A DNA stretch of 64,000 nucleotides from Rhizophagus irregularis (lineage: Eukaryota). The notes under the pieces were generated by a model. That model was given only the letters and a program-made list of their open reading frames with translations, ran no database searches and was not told where the DNA came from. The stretch lies in contig NC_089429.1 in the NCBI RefSeq assembly GCF_026210795.1, positions 4,402,001 through 4,466,000 of the forward strand, read 5' to 3'. Numbering within the stretch: the first letter of the stretch is position 1; the number at the start of each line of letters is the position of its first letter. The translations under genes and the position numbers were made by a program. This document shows, piece after piece, positions 39,685 to 51,380 of this stretch.

Positions 39685-41106
39685 ATGATGAGAGGATGTT
39701 CCTTAGAACAAGATTTAAAACTATTAATAAATAATTCAAAGTATAGTGATATAGAAATTATATGTGAAGATGAAAAGAAATTATATGGTTGTAGAGCAAT
39801 TTTAGCTGCAAGGTCTGAAGTATTTGATAGATTACTTTATAATGGGATGAAGGAAAGTTATGATAAACAAATTTCTTTTCCAAAGATTAATTCCATTGGA
39901 ATTGAGGTCATATTAGAATATATTTATACAGGATTTATTAAAGAGGAATCTTTAACAAAGGATAATATGATTGAAATTTTTTACGCTGCAGATTATTTTC
40001 AATTATCTGATCTTAAGGATTTTGTTGTGAAAACTTTCAAAAATACATTAAAAAAGAATTCTGCAAAAAATTATTCACCAGAATTATTATCTAAATTTGC
40101 AGAAAAAATGCCATTAACAGAAAATAATGCTTTTTTGGATTTATTAGTTGAAGCAGTAGCGACTATTCCACTGAATACCATTGAATTTGGTCGATTATCT
40201 ATTAAAGGTCTTCAGTATCTTTTATCTTGTACATATGAAAAGGAAAAGCTTTTTGCAACTATTGAATATGAGGTCTTTCGATATAGTGCTATTCTTGCAG
40301 CAAAACAAGTTTCTAATGATGCATATGAAACTCTTATAGAACGGTTACCAACCTTAGAACAAATAGAACAAGTAGAGAATTCAGTTCAAATAGATAATAA
40401 AGATAGATTAATTATTAATCATCAAGAAATTACTAAGGAATTGGAACCTTTAATTAAATTTATTGATCTCATACGAATTAAAGGAGTGATATTGACTGAT
40501 TTCATTGAACCACTAGAAATTATCTCAGCAAGAATAATTTCAGATGTTTATCGACAAAAAGTGAGACTTAATAAATCTGATTCAAATGAAATTCGAGGAA
40601 AATATGACAACTGTATTTGGGATGAATCACAATGTGGGTCAAAGCTTATTATTGAGGATGATAGAAAAGTTGTATATGCACCAAATGATCTTATTTCATA
40701 TCAAAATGTTAGAGCCAAAATGTTAATAGAAAATAGTGGTATCTTTGAATGGGACATAATAGTTGAGAAAGTATGTACAAATGCTTGGGTTGGAGTCTGT
40801 TCATCAGAAAATTTTAATTATGAATTCTTTGCTGGAGATCAACCAACCGGATGGGTATTAGGCAGCGGTGGTAATATTTATAATTCAGGAAAATGGATAA
40901 GATATTGTCCTTCATTTGGCGATGGTACAAGAATTACTGTTCATTTAGATTTGAATAAAAGAATTTGTTCTTTTACAGTTAATGGTAAAAAGTATCGGGA
41001 AGTATCAGAATGGAATAATTTACCATCAAAACTTTATCCAGTAGTATCTTTTAATCATCCTGCTCGACTTCGAATTCAGCCTCATTTAAAAAAATATTTA
41101 ATGTAG
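39685..41106 (+). CDS. BTB-BACK-SPRY protein, copy 7 (473 aa)
   Basis: Full-length ORF with family motifs. Confidence 0.93.
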   Translation: MMRGCSLEQDLKLLINNSKYSDIEIICEDEKKLYGCRAILAARSEVFDRLLYNGMKESYDKQISFPKINSIGIEVILEYIYTGFIKEESLTKDNMIEIFYAADYFQLSDLKDFVVKTFKNTLKKNSAKNYSPELLSKFAEKMPLTENNAFLDLLVEAVATIPLNTIEFGRLSIKGLQYLLSCTYEKEKLFATIEYEVFRYSAILAAKQVSNDAYETLIERLPTLEQIEQVENSVQIDNKDRLIINHQEITKELEPLIKFIDLIRIKGVILTDFIEPLEIISARIISDVYRQKVRLNKSDSNEIRGKYDNCIWDESQCGSKLIIEDDRKVVYAPNDLISYQNVRAKMLIENSGIFEWDIIVEKVCTNAWVGVCSSENFNYEFFAGDQPTGWVLGSGGNIYNSGKWIRYCPSFGDGTRITVHLDLNKRICSFTVNGKKYREVSEWNNLPSKLYPVVSFNHPARLRIQPHLKKYLM

Positions 41107-42190
41107 AAAAATTTTGTTTACGATCTATAAATAATGTTTTTCTTATTATTATAGTATCTCAAATTTATTAATTTATTTATAAATGTTTAAGTCTAAAATA
41201 TTACATTATAAAACAGTACAAATAAATTATTATAATAACTAAATAGTGAAAATGTTATATTCTAAAGAAAAAACTGTGTATTATGAGTAATTCTTAATTA
41301 TTTTAAGAATTTATATTTTATGACTCGATCGAGTTTACACTAGTGATATTATGATACAGTATATTACGATTATAATGCTGAACTGTCGGAAAAAATTATT
41401 AATTGACTTATAATTAATACTAAAACTTCTTTCAAAGTTTATCTCAAGAAAAGCAACTGAAATTCATTGATAGTTCAGCGTAATTTAAAAGAAAATATTT
41501 TATATGTGATTTAACAACTGAATACAACCGGAAAGAGAATATACTCACGTTATTATTGGCTCGTCTTATTTGACATTGTTAAGAAATTTTGAGATTAAAT
41601 CGAAGTATATTTAAAGAAAATTTATAGAACACGAATAGTTTATTCCAACATGAAAATTAACAACCCGCTAATAAATACTGTAGTTCTAAAATGTGTCATC
41701 TAAGTAAAGAAAGTTGTATTTTAACGATTTCAGTTAAGGAATCCGACGACTTGAACGGGGCAGAAGTTATCGCCTCAAGGAATCATTCGCGTGAACTATT
41801 AAAAATGGACAGTGCTGGCAATAATAGCGGACATCCCTATATTATTACAATTTTGTTGCTTAAAATTTACAAAACAACTTAATTTTAGTATTAAATTTCA
41901 TGGTATTTACTTAATATTTACTAATATGTTAATAATGTATTATGGATCGGATCACCATATTATTTTTACTATACATTATATACAAATTTTTGATTGATGA
42001 TCGGGATATATGAATGAATTATCACATTGCGAATAATGTATTATAACAATATTAAAAAATTATCTGTTGTACTAATAATCACTTAATTAAATTATATAAT
42101 AATTTGGGATTTCCATTATTTATTTTGCTACATTATTTTAGAAATATTTGTGGCTCAGAATTAAGTGATCAGCAGGTGATGCTAATGCTG

Positions 42191-42477
42191 CTGGCAATAT
42201 TATAATCGAACACATGGCTACATGTTTATGGCATTTTTATCGCCATAGTTGAATCTCTTCAAAAATTCGTTTTTTCAAAGCCTGCTAAGCCATTAATGAC
42301 GTGTCATTGTTTTCGTAAATTATTTCTTAAGCGTTAACTATCAAAATAGCCAATGTTGGCAATATTATAACCAAACACATGGATACGACAATGACATTTT
42401 TACCACCATATATAGTGGAATCTCTTCAAAAACCTCAAAGCTTGACAAGCTATTAATGACGGGTCATTATTTTCGTA
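42191..42477. repeat. Direct duplication of a module of about 125 bp upstream of the secreted-protein gene
   Basis: TGGCAATATTATAA..AACACATGG...GAATCTCTTCAAAA...ATTAATGACG(T/G)GTCATT.TTTTCGTA at 42191-42317 and 42356-42477. Confidence 0.8.
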
Positions 42478-42648
42478 GCCTAAGGCATCGATAATCCCTT
42501 TTAGACGAGAGAATTGTTTCTCTAAGCAACCAAACTTATATGACTAAGCATTAAGTCTCTGTACCGATTTTGTAATACCTCTTGACTCTGCACTGATTGA
42601 AAAACAGAAAAATTTCAACTCTGAAAAAAAAAGTAAAACAAAATCAAA

Positions 42649-43128
42649 ATGAAATTCAACCTTTTTTTGCTCCTTTTAGCTACCCTTCTTGCTGTTGGGT
42701 CGCCTCAGGGTATTTCATATAGATTTCAAGTTCAAGAAGGCAATTCAAATAGGTTTTGGGTAGCGACTGGTAAACAAATAGGTCTAAGAGAAAATTTTGG
42801 TGATTGGTGGATTGCTTTAACTGGTGATCAAAAAAATTATAAGATTTCTCACTCTAAAAGTGGTTTGGTAGTCACATACGTTGCAGGCAAAGCGCTCTCT
42901 CTTACTAGTAACTCTCCTCTATCACAATTTCAACTTTGGCAATTTTTTCCTCCTAATCTTGAACACCTTGATCCAATAGTATCCATCCGAACCTCCAATT
43001 TCAAAGATGAGTATGCGTTTCCAGGACCAATTGGCGTTTATATTTTTGCTTGTAATTCTACGACAAATTCTACTGTTAGTCATCCAATATGGAAATTTAA
43101 ATCACATGTTCCTACTTCTACCCCTTAA
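42649..43128 (+). CDS. Small secreted protein (159 aa), possible ricin-B/beta-trefoil lectin-like fold
   Basis: Signal peptide MKFNLFLLLLATLLAVG; YKISHSKSGLVV, QLWQF and terminal IWKF resemble beta-trefoil repeats; AAAATG start context; intronless. Confidence 0.75.
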   Translation: MKFNLFLLLLATLLAVGSPQGISYRFQVQEGNSNRFWVATGKQIGLRENFGDWWIALTGDQKNYKISHSKSGLVVTYVAGKALSLTSNSPLSQFQLWQFFPPNLEHLDPIVSIRTSNFKDEYAFPGPIGVYIFACNSTTNSTVSHPIWKFKSHVPTSTP

Positions 43129-43595
43129 ATTGTTTTTTTAACTTTTATATTAGATATACTGCATATGTATTTTTTTTGCAATTTTGTATCTACAGTACTT
43201 GAAACGAATTAGATAATTACTAAAAAATAAAGCAAGGATCTATTGCTTACAAACATGGCACCGTTTCATATTTGTCAATAATTTTTCGAATGTGAGGGTA
43301 TCGTTATATATTGCCAGAGTGCGTAATTAACATATAATTTCGTAAAAACAAAATTTCTGTAGGATCTCTTATTCCGCTATTTTCAATACTTTAATAAATT
43401 TTTAGCCTCATGATTCATGAATTAGAAATTACGTCAGATTTACGTCAGAGTCAAGTTGAACTTCGTAATCTATTAATAAATTGGACAATAACTAATATCA
43501 ATATTGAAAACCAAACTTGAAAGTCTAATCGATTTAATATATACCAAATACTCAAGAAAACTTTTATTTGACTGCGTAATGGACGAAATTTTCTC

Positions 43596-43646
43596 ATCAT
43601 GAAGGCGCAGCAAATTTCTCGGAAATATTTTTTCCCATATGGCTAG
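43596..43646 (+). promoter_or_regulatory. Conserved upstream motif ATCATGAAGGCGCAGCAA-N-TCGGAAATATTT-N-CCATATGG(C/T)TAG
   Basis: Also present at 45704, 52965, 55808 and 58582, and split at 48037/49175. Intact copies begin about 130-170 bp before the ATG (further in the pseudogene, where a MITE intervenes). Confidence 0.6.
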
Positions 43647-43727
43647 CACGACTAGACGACTAGTACGAATCTGCATAAATTGGAATTTAAAATTTTTTTT
43701 TTTAAAAAAAAAAATTTTTTATCTGCA

Positions 43728-45155
43728 ATGACGAGAGGGTATTCATTAGAACAAGATTTAAGATTATTAGTAAATAATCCAAAATATAGTGATATAGAAA
43801 TTATATGTGAGGATGAAAAGAAATTACATGGTTGTAGAGCAATTTTAGCAGCTAGATCCGAAGTATTTGATAGATTACTTTATAATGGAATGAAGGAAAG
43901 TTATGAAAAAGAAATTTCTATTCCAAAGATTAATTCCATTGGAATGGAAATCCTATTAGAATATATGTATACAGGATCAATTAAAGAAGAATTTTTAACA
44001 AAAGATAATATGATTGAAATTTTTTACGCTGCAGATTATTTTCAATTAACAGAACTTCAAAATTTTGTAATGAAAACTTTTAAAAATACATTAGAAAAGA
44101 ATTCCATAGAAAATTATTCACCAGAATTATTATCAAAATTTGCGGAAAAATTTCCATTAACAGAAAATAATATTTTTTTAAATTTATTAATTGAAGCAGT
44201 AGCAATTATTCCGTTAGATACTATTGAATTTGGTCGATTATCTATTAAAGGTCTTCAGTATCTTTTATCTTGTACATATGAAAAGAAAAAACCTTTTGCA
44301 ACTCCGGAATATGAGGTTTTTCGATATAGTGCTATCCTTGCAGCGAAACAAGTTTCTAATGAAGCGTATAAAACTCTTATGGAACGGCTACCAACCTTGG
44401 ATCAAGTAGAACAATTAGAGAATTTGGTTCAAATAGATAGCATAAATAAATTTATTATCAATCACCAAGAAATTGCTAAAGAATTGGAGCCTTTAATTAA
44501 ATTTATCGATTTCATACGAATTAAAGGAAGAGTTTTGGCAAATGTCATAGAACCATTAGAACTTATCTCAGCAAATATTATTACAGATATTTATCGACAA
44601 AAAGCGATATTAAATAAATCCGATTCAAATGATATTCGAGGAATACCCATGCTAACTTATTCAAATTATGTTTGGGATGAATTAGAATTTGGATCAAAAC
44701 TTATTATTGAAGATAATAAAAAAGTTGTATATGCACCAAATGATCTTAATTCATGGCAAAATGTTAGAGCTAAAATTTTATTAGAAAATAATGGTATCTT
44801 TGAATGGGACGTAATAGTTGAGAAAGTATGTGCAAATGCTTGGGTTGGAGTCTGTTCATCAGAAAATTTTAATTATGAATTCTTTGCTGGAAATCAACCA
44901 ACCGGATGGGTATTAGGTAACGATGGTAGTATTTGTAATTCGGGAAAATGGTTAAGTTATTGTCCTTCATTTGGTGATGGTACAAGAATTACTGTTCATA
45001 TAGATTTGAATAAAAGAACTTGTTCTTTTACAGTTAATGGTAAAAAATATCGGGAAGTATCAGAATGGAATAATTTGTCGCCGAAACTTTATCCAGTAGT
45101 ATCATTGCGTTACCCTGGTCGATCTCGAATTCAGCCTCATTTTAAAAATGGTTAA
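43728..45155 (+). CDS. BTB-BACK-SPRY protein, copy 8 (475 aa)
   Basis: Start moved to ATG 43728 (MTRGYSL). Confidence 0.93.
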   Translation: MTRGYSLEQDLRLLVNNPKYSDIEIICEDEKKLHGCRAILAARSEVFDRLLYNGMKESYEKEISIPKINSIGMEILLEYMYTGSIKEEFLTKDNMIEIFYAADYFQLTELQNFVMKTFKNTLEKNSIENYSPELLSKFAEKFPLTENNIFLNLLIEAVAIIPLDTIEFGRLSIKGLQYLLSCTYEKKKPFATPEYEVFRYSAILAAKQVSNEAYKTLMERLPTLDQVEQLENLVQIDSINKFIINHQEIAKELEPLIKFIDFIRIKGRVLANVIEPLELISANIITDIYRQKAILNKSDSNDIRGIPMLTYSNYVWDELEFGSKLIIEDNKKVVYAPNDLNSWQNVRAKILLENNGIFEWDVIVEKVCANAWVGVCSSENFNYEFFAGNQPTGWVLGNDGSICNSGKWLSYCPSFGDGTRITVHIDLNKRTCSFTVNGKKYREVSEWNNLSPKLYPVVSLRYPGRSRIQPHFKNG

Positions 45156-45873
45156 TTTTGTTTACAAGCTTATTATCTGATCGTTATTTTGCTAGTTATA
45201 AAGAATGTTTTTTCTTATTATTATATCTCAAATTTATTTGTTAAACATTTGGGTCTAAAAAATTTACAATGTACTCGTAGGATTATAAAACAATACAAAT
45301 AAAGTATCAATAATAACTGAGTAGTGATAACGTTATATTCTAAAGAAAAAACTGTGTATTATGAATAATGGCCAATTTGATCAAGCTTACAATAGCAGTA
45401 ATATGATATATTATGGGTTTAACGCTGAACTGTCGGAAAAAATAATTAATTGACTAATAATTAATACTAGAATTTTTTCGAAGTTTATCTCAAGAAAAAG
45501 GATAGTTCATCATAAGTTACCTACTGTAAGAATAAAGATAATTACTGCGTCAAATTATATGTGATTTAACACAATAACTAATATCAAATAATCAATATTA
45601 GTATTGATAGAAAACTCAATTTGACATGCTATGAACTTGATGATTGGTTTTTGGCATAAAAAGCCTAATCGGCGTATTAGAACGAAATTTTCCCGAGTTG
45701 TTAATCATGAAGGCGCAGCAAATTTTTCGGAAATATTTTTTCCCATGTGGCTTGTGTATCTAGTACAACATAGTACGAACCTTTATATGATGCATAAAAT
45801 AAGCCCGCTTCATTTGAAATTTAAATAATTTTTATTTTCTTTTTTTTTAAAAAAAAAAACTTTTTTATCTGCA

Positions 45874-47295
45874 ATGACGAGAGGATATTCATTAGAACAA
45901 GATTTAAGATTATTAATAAATAATCAAAAATATAGTGATGTAGAAATTATATGTGAGGATGAAAAGAAATTACATGGTTGTAGAGCAATTTTAGCGGCAA
46001 GATCCGAAGTATTTGATAGATTACTTTATAATGGAATGAAGGAAAGTTATGAAAAAGAAATTTCTTTTCCAAAGATTAATTCTATTGGAATGGAGATGAT
46101 ATTAGAATATATTTATACAGGATCAATTAAAGAAGAATCTTTAACAAAAGATAATATGATTGAAATTTTTTACGCTGCAGATTATTTTCAATTAACAGAA
46201 CTTCAAAATTTTATAATGAAAACTTTCAAGAATACATTAAAAAAAAATTACACAGAGAACTATTCACCGGAATTATTATCTAAATTTGCGGAAAAAATTC
46301 CATTAACAGAAAATAATATTCTTCTAAATTTATTAGTTGAAGCGGTATCAATTATTCCATTAAATAGAATTGAATTTGGTCGATTATCTATTTCAGGTCT
46401 TCAATATCTTTTAACTTGTACACATGAAGAAGGAACTCCTTTTGCAACCCCAGAATATGAAGTTTTTCGATATAGCGCTATTCTTACAGCAAAACAAGTT
46501 TCTGATAATGCATATAAAGCCCTTATGAAACAGTTACCAACCTTGGAACAAATAAAACAAATAGAAAACCCAATAAAGGTAAAAAATGAAAATAAAATTA
46601 TTACCGATCACCAAAAGGTAGTTAAAGAATTGGAGCCTTTAATTAAATTTATTGATTTCAGAAGAATTGAAGGACAAATTTTGACCGATGTCATCGAACC
46701 ATTAGAAATTATCTCTGAAAAAATAATTTTGGATGTTTATCGACAAAAAGCAAAATTAAATGAATCTGATTTAAATAATATTCGAGGAATACCCATACCA
46801 GTTTGTGTATGGGATGATACAGCATGTGGATCAAAACTTATATTTGAGAATAATGGAAAAATTGTACGCTTACAAAGTCAAACAAAATCATCACGAAATG
46901 TTAAAGCTAAAATGATACTGGAAGATAAAGGTATTTTTGAATGGGATTTTATTATAGAAAAAGCTTGTGGAGATGCTTGGGTAGGAGTATGTTCGCCAGA
47001 AAATTTAAATTATGAATTCTTTGCAGGAAAGCAACCAGTTGGATGGGTATTAGGTACTAAGGGACGTTGTTATAATTCTGGAAATTATATAAACAATTAT
47101 TGTCCATCATTCGGAGATGGTGCAAGAATTACTGTTCATCTGGATATGAATAAAAGAACTTGTGCTTTTACAGTTAACGGTACTAAGTATAAGGAGGTAA
47201 CAGAATGGAATAATTTACCATCAAAGCTTTATCCAGTAGCATCATTATGCTATCCTGGTCGTTTTAGAATTGAGCCTCATCAAAAATATATTTAG
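45874..47295 (+). CDS. BTB-BACK-SPRY protein, copy 9 (473 aa)
   Basis: Full-length ORF with family motifs. Confidence 0.93.
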   Translation: MTRGYSLEQDLRLLINNQKYSDVEIICEDEKKLHGCRAILAARSEVFDRLLYNGMKESYEKEISFPKINSIGMEMILEYIYTGSIKEESLTKDNMIEIFYAADYFQLTELQNFIMKTFKNTLKKNYTENYSPELLSKFAEKIPLTENNILLNLLVEAVSIIPLNRIEFGRLSISGLQYLLTCTHEEGTPFATPEYEVFRYSAILTAKQVSDNAYKALMKQLPTLEQIKQIENPIKVKNENKIITDHQKVVKELEPLIKFIDFRRIEGQILTDVIEPLEIISEKIILDVYRQKAKLNESDLNNIRGIPIPVCVWDDTACGSKLIFENNGKIVRLQSQTKSSRNVKAKMILEDKGIFEWDFIIEKACGDAWVGVCSPENLNYEFFAGKQPVGWVLGTKGRCYNSGNYINNYCPSFGDGARITVHLDMNKRTCAFTVNGTKYKEVTEWNNLPSKLYPVASLCYPGRFRIEPHQKYI

Positions 47296-47663
47296 TTATG
47301 GAAATTTTATTAATGAGTTTATGAATTTAGTCACTAAATAATGTAATTTTACTTGTAAATTATCAAGTCTAAAAATTGCAGTGTAATAGGTTGATAAAAA
47401 CAGTATCACACTAACTAAATAGTTTGATAAATTTGAAAAAAAATTGAGGGTTATGAGAATTTATTTTTTTATTTGAGTCGAATCTTACTAGTATAAAAAT
47501 TATTACTTTAGTAGAAATCAAAATATATAACTAGTTTCCTTTATGTATTCATTAGACAGAATCTCTTAGATTCGATTTATTTGATTTATTTAATAAATTT
47601 AATTGACGAATAATATTTAATTTTAAGGTATTTTTGTATTTGTATTTGTTATACATAGGGATT

Positions 47664-47887
47664 GTGTCACTCATGATCACAATTGCGAGTGATTAGCTGT
47701 CTTCGTTTACTTATTTCCCGGCCTCATATAGATAGCCGGGAAATTACTAATTTTAGTTTAAATAATTAAATATTTAATGAGTGACACGCACCAGGGGATT
47801 ACCCATTTATTTCATGGGAAGGGAACATTAGGGGTTTTTCCTTTCGGGAAAAAAACCCTATTATTCCCAACTCCTCATGAAATAAAT
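47664..47887. repeat. Cluster of inverted repeats/hairpins
   Basis: GTGTCACTCAT/ATGAGTGACAC (47664-47787) encloses ATTTCCCGGC/GCCGGGAAAT (47713-47744); an adjacent 83-nt hairpin spans 47805-47887. Confidence 0.7.
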
Positions 47888-49317
47888 AATTCGAATGCCA
47901 AAAAAATTTATTATTTATACTTTTGCTCAAAGTAACAAACTTGTTTCACATTTATCTACACTTACCAATAAATATACATTGAATACCATTCGTACCATTC
48001 GAGAAAACCTGTTAGTTGTTAAACCTTAATTTGTTAATCATGAAGGCGCAGCAATAATTCTCGTTCATCGTATACAGTATAGTAAGTGAGTAAACTCTTC
48101 TTTTTTTCTTTTTTTCCGTATTAAAAATATTTTTTTAAATCTATTAGATGATAAAGAAGTTAAATATTCTTAAAGAACTTAAGTATGGAATATTATCATT
48201 CAATTGTAAACTATATTTGAAACGCGTTTTCTTACAGATTTTATAATATTAATTTAATACTTCAGTTTAATGAAGCAAGACTTGCACTTGCAAGACTTGG
48301 GTGACTAATAAGAGTCATTTAACAAGTATGGAATACAAACATTTTTATTAATATTGTTTAAATATTTGTGAAAGAAATAGATTTTTTTTTTAACTGTCAT
48401 AATACATTTATTTTTCAATTTTACAGCGCGATTTCAGTGCTTTGCAAATAAGTTGTTCGGCAGGTATGGAACCACTCAAGTATTAATATTAATTTTTTTA
48501 TTAAAACAACTCTAATATTCATAACAATATTAATGTATTTTTAGCTGAAACAAGCCCTTGGAGTCATTTTGTATTTTTTTTATGCGTATTTAAAAATTAT
48601 TTCATTAAAAATAATGTTTGTTTATTTGCTTATTGAAATTGATTCTATTGTAATAAAGTGTAAAAGCACTAATTTTTAAATAAAGAATAAAATTATATAA
48701 AATCTTTTATATATAATATTTCAAAAAAAAATTTTTTTTTTTTTGATAAATGTTACGACTGTTACGTATAAATTATCTAAATACTTTCTGTTGTACGGAT
48801 CACGTGATATTTAAGGAGTATTAAAGTGAGTAACGTAAGGCAAAAAAATTTCATCTTTACGTTCCTCATCCGTTCATCCTATTTTGCAGAGCCAAATTTA
48901 AAAACGAAATTTACAGGACCGGAATTGTAAGTAATGCCGGCCGGTATCTGGAAAAGGAAATAATTTCCTGACTGGGATTATCAAATTATCCATAAGAGGA
49001 AAATTTTACAAAATTACATACAACCTTTTTCCGGGGACTCACTTGGTGATCGAAATGTCGATCATTTTGGCCAAAAATTAACGTGTCCGGATATCCAAAA
49101 TTTTTATCCGTTCAATCCGGAATCCAAATACCGTAGGTATCTGTTAAAAAACGGATAACGGAAATGAACTCTAATCGGAAATACTATTTTCCATATGTTG
49201 GTACAACCTTGTACGAAAACTTTGTTATATAAATAAGGTTCCTTTTGAATTATTTATTTATTAGTATTTATTTTTTTTGAAAAAAATTAAATTATTTCTT
49301 TTTTTTTTTCCTAAACA

Positions 49318-50745
49318 ATGATGAGAGGAGATTCATTAGAACAAGATTTGAGATTATTAATAAATAATCCAAAATATAGTGATGTAGAAATTTTATGTGA
49401 AGATAAAAAGAAATTATATGGTTGTAGAGCAATTTTAGCTGCAAGGTCCGAAGTATTTGATAGGTTACTTTATAATGGAATGAAGGAAAGTTACGAAAAT
49501 CAAATTTCATTTCCAAAGATCAATTCAATTGGAATGGAAATCATATTAGAATATATATATACGGGATCAATTAAAGAAGAGTCTTTAACAAAAGATAATG
49601 TGATAGAGTCTTATTACGCTGCAGATTTTTTACAATTAACTGAACTTCAGAATTTTATTATGAACACTTTTAAAAAAACATTAAAAAATTATTGTACAGA
49701 AAATTATTCACCAGAGTTACTATCTAAATTTGCGGAAAAAATTCCATTAACAGAAGATAATATTTTTTTAAATTTATTAGTTGAAGCGGTAGCAGTTATA
49801 CCATTAAATAATATTGAATTTGGTCGATTATCTATTAAAGGTATTCAGTATCTTTTATCTTGTACATATGAAAAGGAAAAGCTTTTTGCGACCGTTGAAT
49901 ATGAGGTCTTTCGATATAGTGCTATTCTTGCAGCAAAACAAGTTTCTAATGATGCTCATAAAACTCTTATGGAACGGTTACCAACCCTTGAACAATTAGA
50001 ACAAGTAATGAATTCGGCTCAAGTAGATAATGATGATAAATCAATTATCAATCACCAAGAAATTGCTAAAGAATTGGAACCTTTAGTGAAATATATTGAT
50101 TTCATGAGAATTGATGGACAAATATTGGTTGAGATTATTGAACCATTAGGAATTATTCCAGCAAAAATAATTTTGTTTGTTTATCGAAAAAAAGTAAGAT
50201 TAACTAAATCTGAATTAAATAATACTCGAGGAATACCCATTCCAATTTATTCAAAATATGTTTGGGATGAGTTAGAACGTGGATCAAATGTTCTTATTAA
50301 AGAAAATGGAAAAATTGTATGTTTAAAAAGTGCAACTGATTCATGGCGAAATGTTAGAGCCAAAATGATACTAGAAGGTAAAGGAATTTTTGAATGGGAT
50401 TTTATTATGGAAAAAGCTTGTGTAAATGCTTGGGTGGGAGTATGTGCACCAGAAAATTTAAGTTACGAATTCTTTGCAGGAAAACAACTAACTGGATGGG
50501 TATTAGGTACCAATGGATATTGTTATAACTCTAATAAAGGATCAAGTTATTGCCCACCATTTGGAGATGGTTCAAGAATTACTGTTCATTTGGATATGAA
50601 TAAAAGAACTTGTTCTTTTATCGTTAACGGTACAAAATATCCGGAAGTGTCAGCATGGAATAATTTACCATCAAAGCTTTATCCGGTAGCATCTTTTAAT
50701 TATCCTGCTCGACTTCGAATTCAGCCCCATCAGAAAAGTGTTTAA
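49318..50745 (+). CDS. BTB-BACK-SPRY protein, copy 10 (475 aa)
   Basis: Full-length ORF with family motifs. Confidence 0.93.
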   Translation: MMRGDSLEQDLRLLINNPKYSDVEILCEDKKKLYGCRAILAARSEVFDRLLYNGMKESYENQISFPKINSIGMEIILEYIYTGSIKEESLTKDNVIESYYAADFLQLTELQNFIMNTFKKTLKNYCTENYSPELLSKFAEKIPLTEDNIFLNLLVEAVAVIPLNNIEFGRLSIKGIQYLLSCTYEKEKLFATVEYEVFRYSAILAAKQVSNDAHKTLMERLPTLEQLEQVMNSAQVDNDDKSIINHQEIAKELEPLVKYIDFMRIDGQILVEIIEPLGIIPAKIILFVYRKKVRLTKSELNNTRGIPIPIYSKYVWDELERGSNVLIKENGKIVCLKSATDSWRNVRAKMILEGKGIFEWDFIMEKACVNAWVGVCAPENLSYEFFAGKQLTGWVLGTNGYCYNSNKGSSYCPPFGDGSRITVHLDMNKRTCSFIVNGTKYPEVSAWNNLPSKLYPVASFNYPARLRIQPHQKSV

Positions 50746-50749
50746 TCAT

Positions 50750-50870
50750 TTTATATAAGCTTTTGTTTTAGATAATCAGATTTTTTTTTATGTTTTTGTT
50801 ATAGAAATTTTTAGATACTCAGATTTTTTTTATAAACTTTTGTTATAGAAATTTTAGATAATCAGATTTA
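50750..50870. repeat. About 2.5 copies of a roughly 42-bp tandem unit in the 3' flank of copy 10
   Basis: TTTTAGATA(A/C)TCAGATTT occurs three times, with TTTTGTTATAGAAATTTT between. Confidence 0.65.
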
Positions 50871-51380
50871 GTTCATGATAAAAAAAATACTCAAAAAGTA
50901 ATGACAAATTTCTGATCAGAATAAATAATTTATTTGTTATCCGTTATTTATTTATCTCGGTAGAGCTTATTCGTAATGTAGAGCTATTATAATTTTTTTG
51001 TTATTATTTAGTAGTTATTTAATACTTGAACTTGCATAGCTATTTCCTATTAACGTAAAAGGGTTGATAAAATATGTGAGCACTGCATGAACGTCGCTCG
51101 TAAAATGTAACATAAAAAGGTAACAATACGGAGTTTTTGAACCGATGATCCTTCCTCTTTTGGATAATGTCAGGCTGCATTACGTAATTCTGGCCCTGAA
51201 GAGATGTGTAGCAATGAGTGCCGATCTCTTGTTACCTATTTATATATTACCCGGAGTCCCTGGTCCGCCTAAGGATCAACAGAAATTACTATATAAATTC
51301 GGATAAAGCCCAAATTATTGTTCTTCCTTAATTAGCATTGACCTGCATATATGTTATAATACAATATGGGTTAGCACCAT

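Noticed and set aside
26859..43727. N-terminal extensions of copies 4, 5 and 8 in the ORF track
   Set aside because: They run through T/A-tract leader DNA (two from TTG starts); paralog alignment places the starts at 26973, 32896 and 43728. No signal peptides.
51130..51305. Slightly GC-richer patch with a short ORF
   Set aside because: Under 60 codons, with no motif or homolog in the window.
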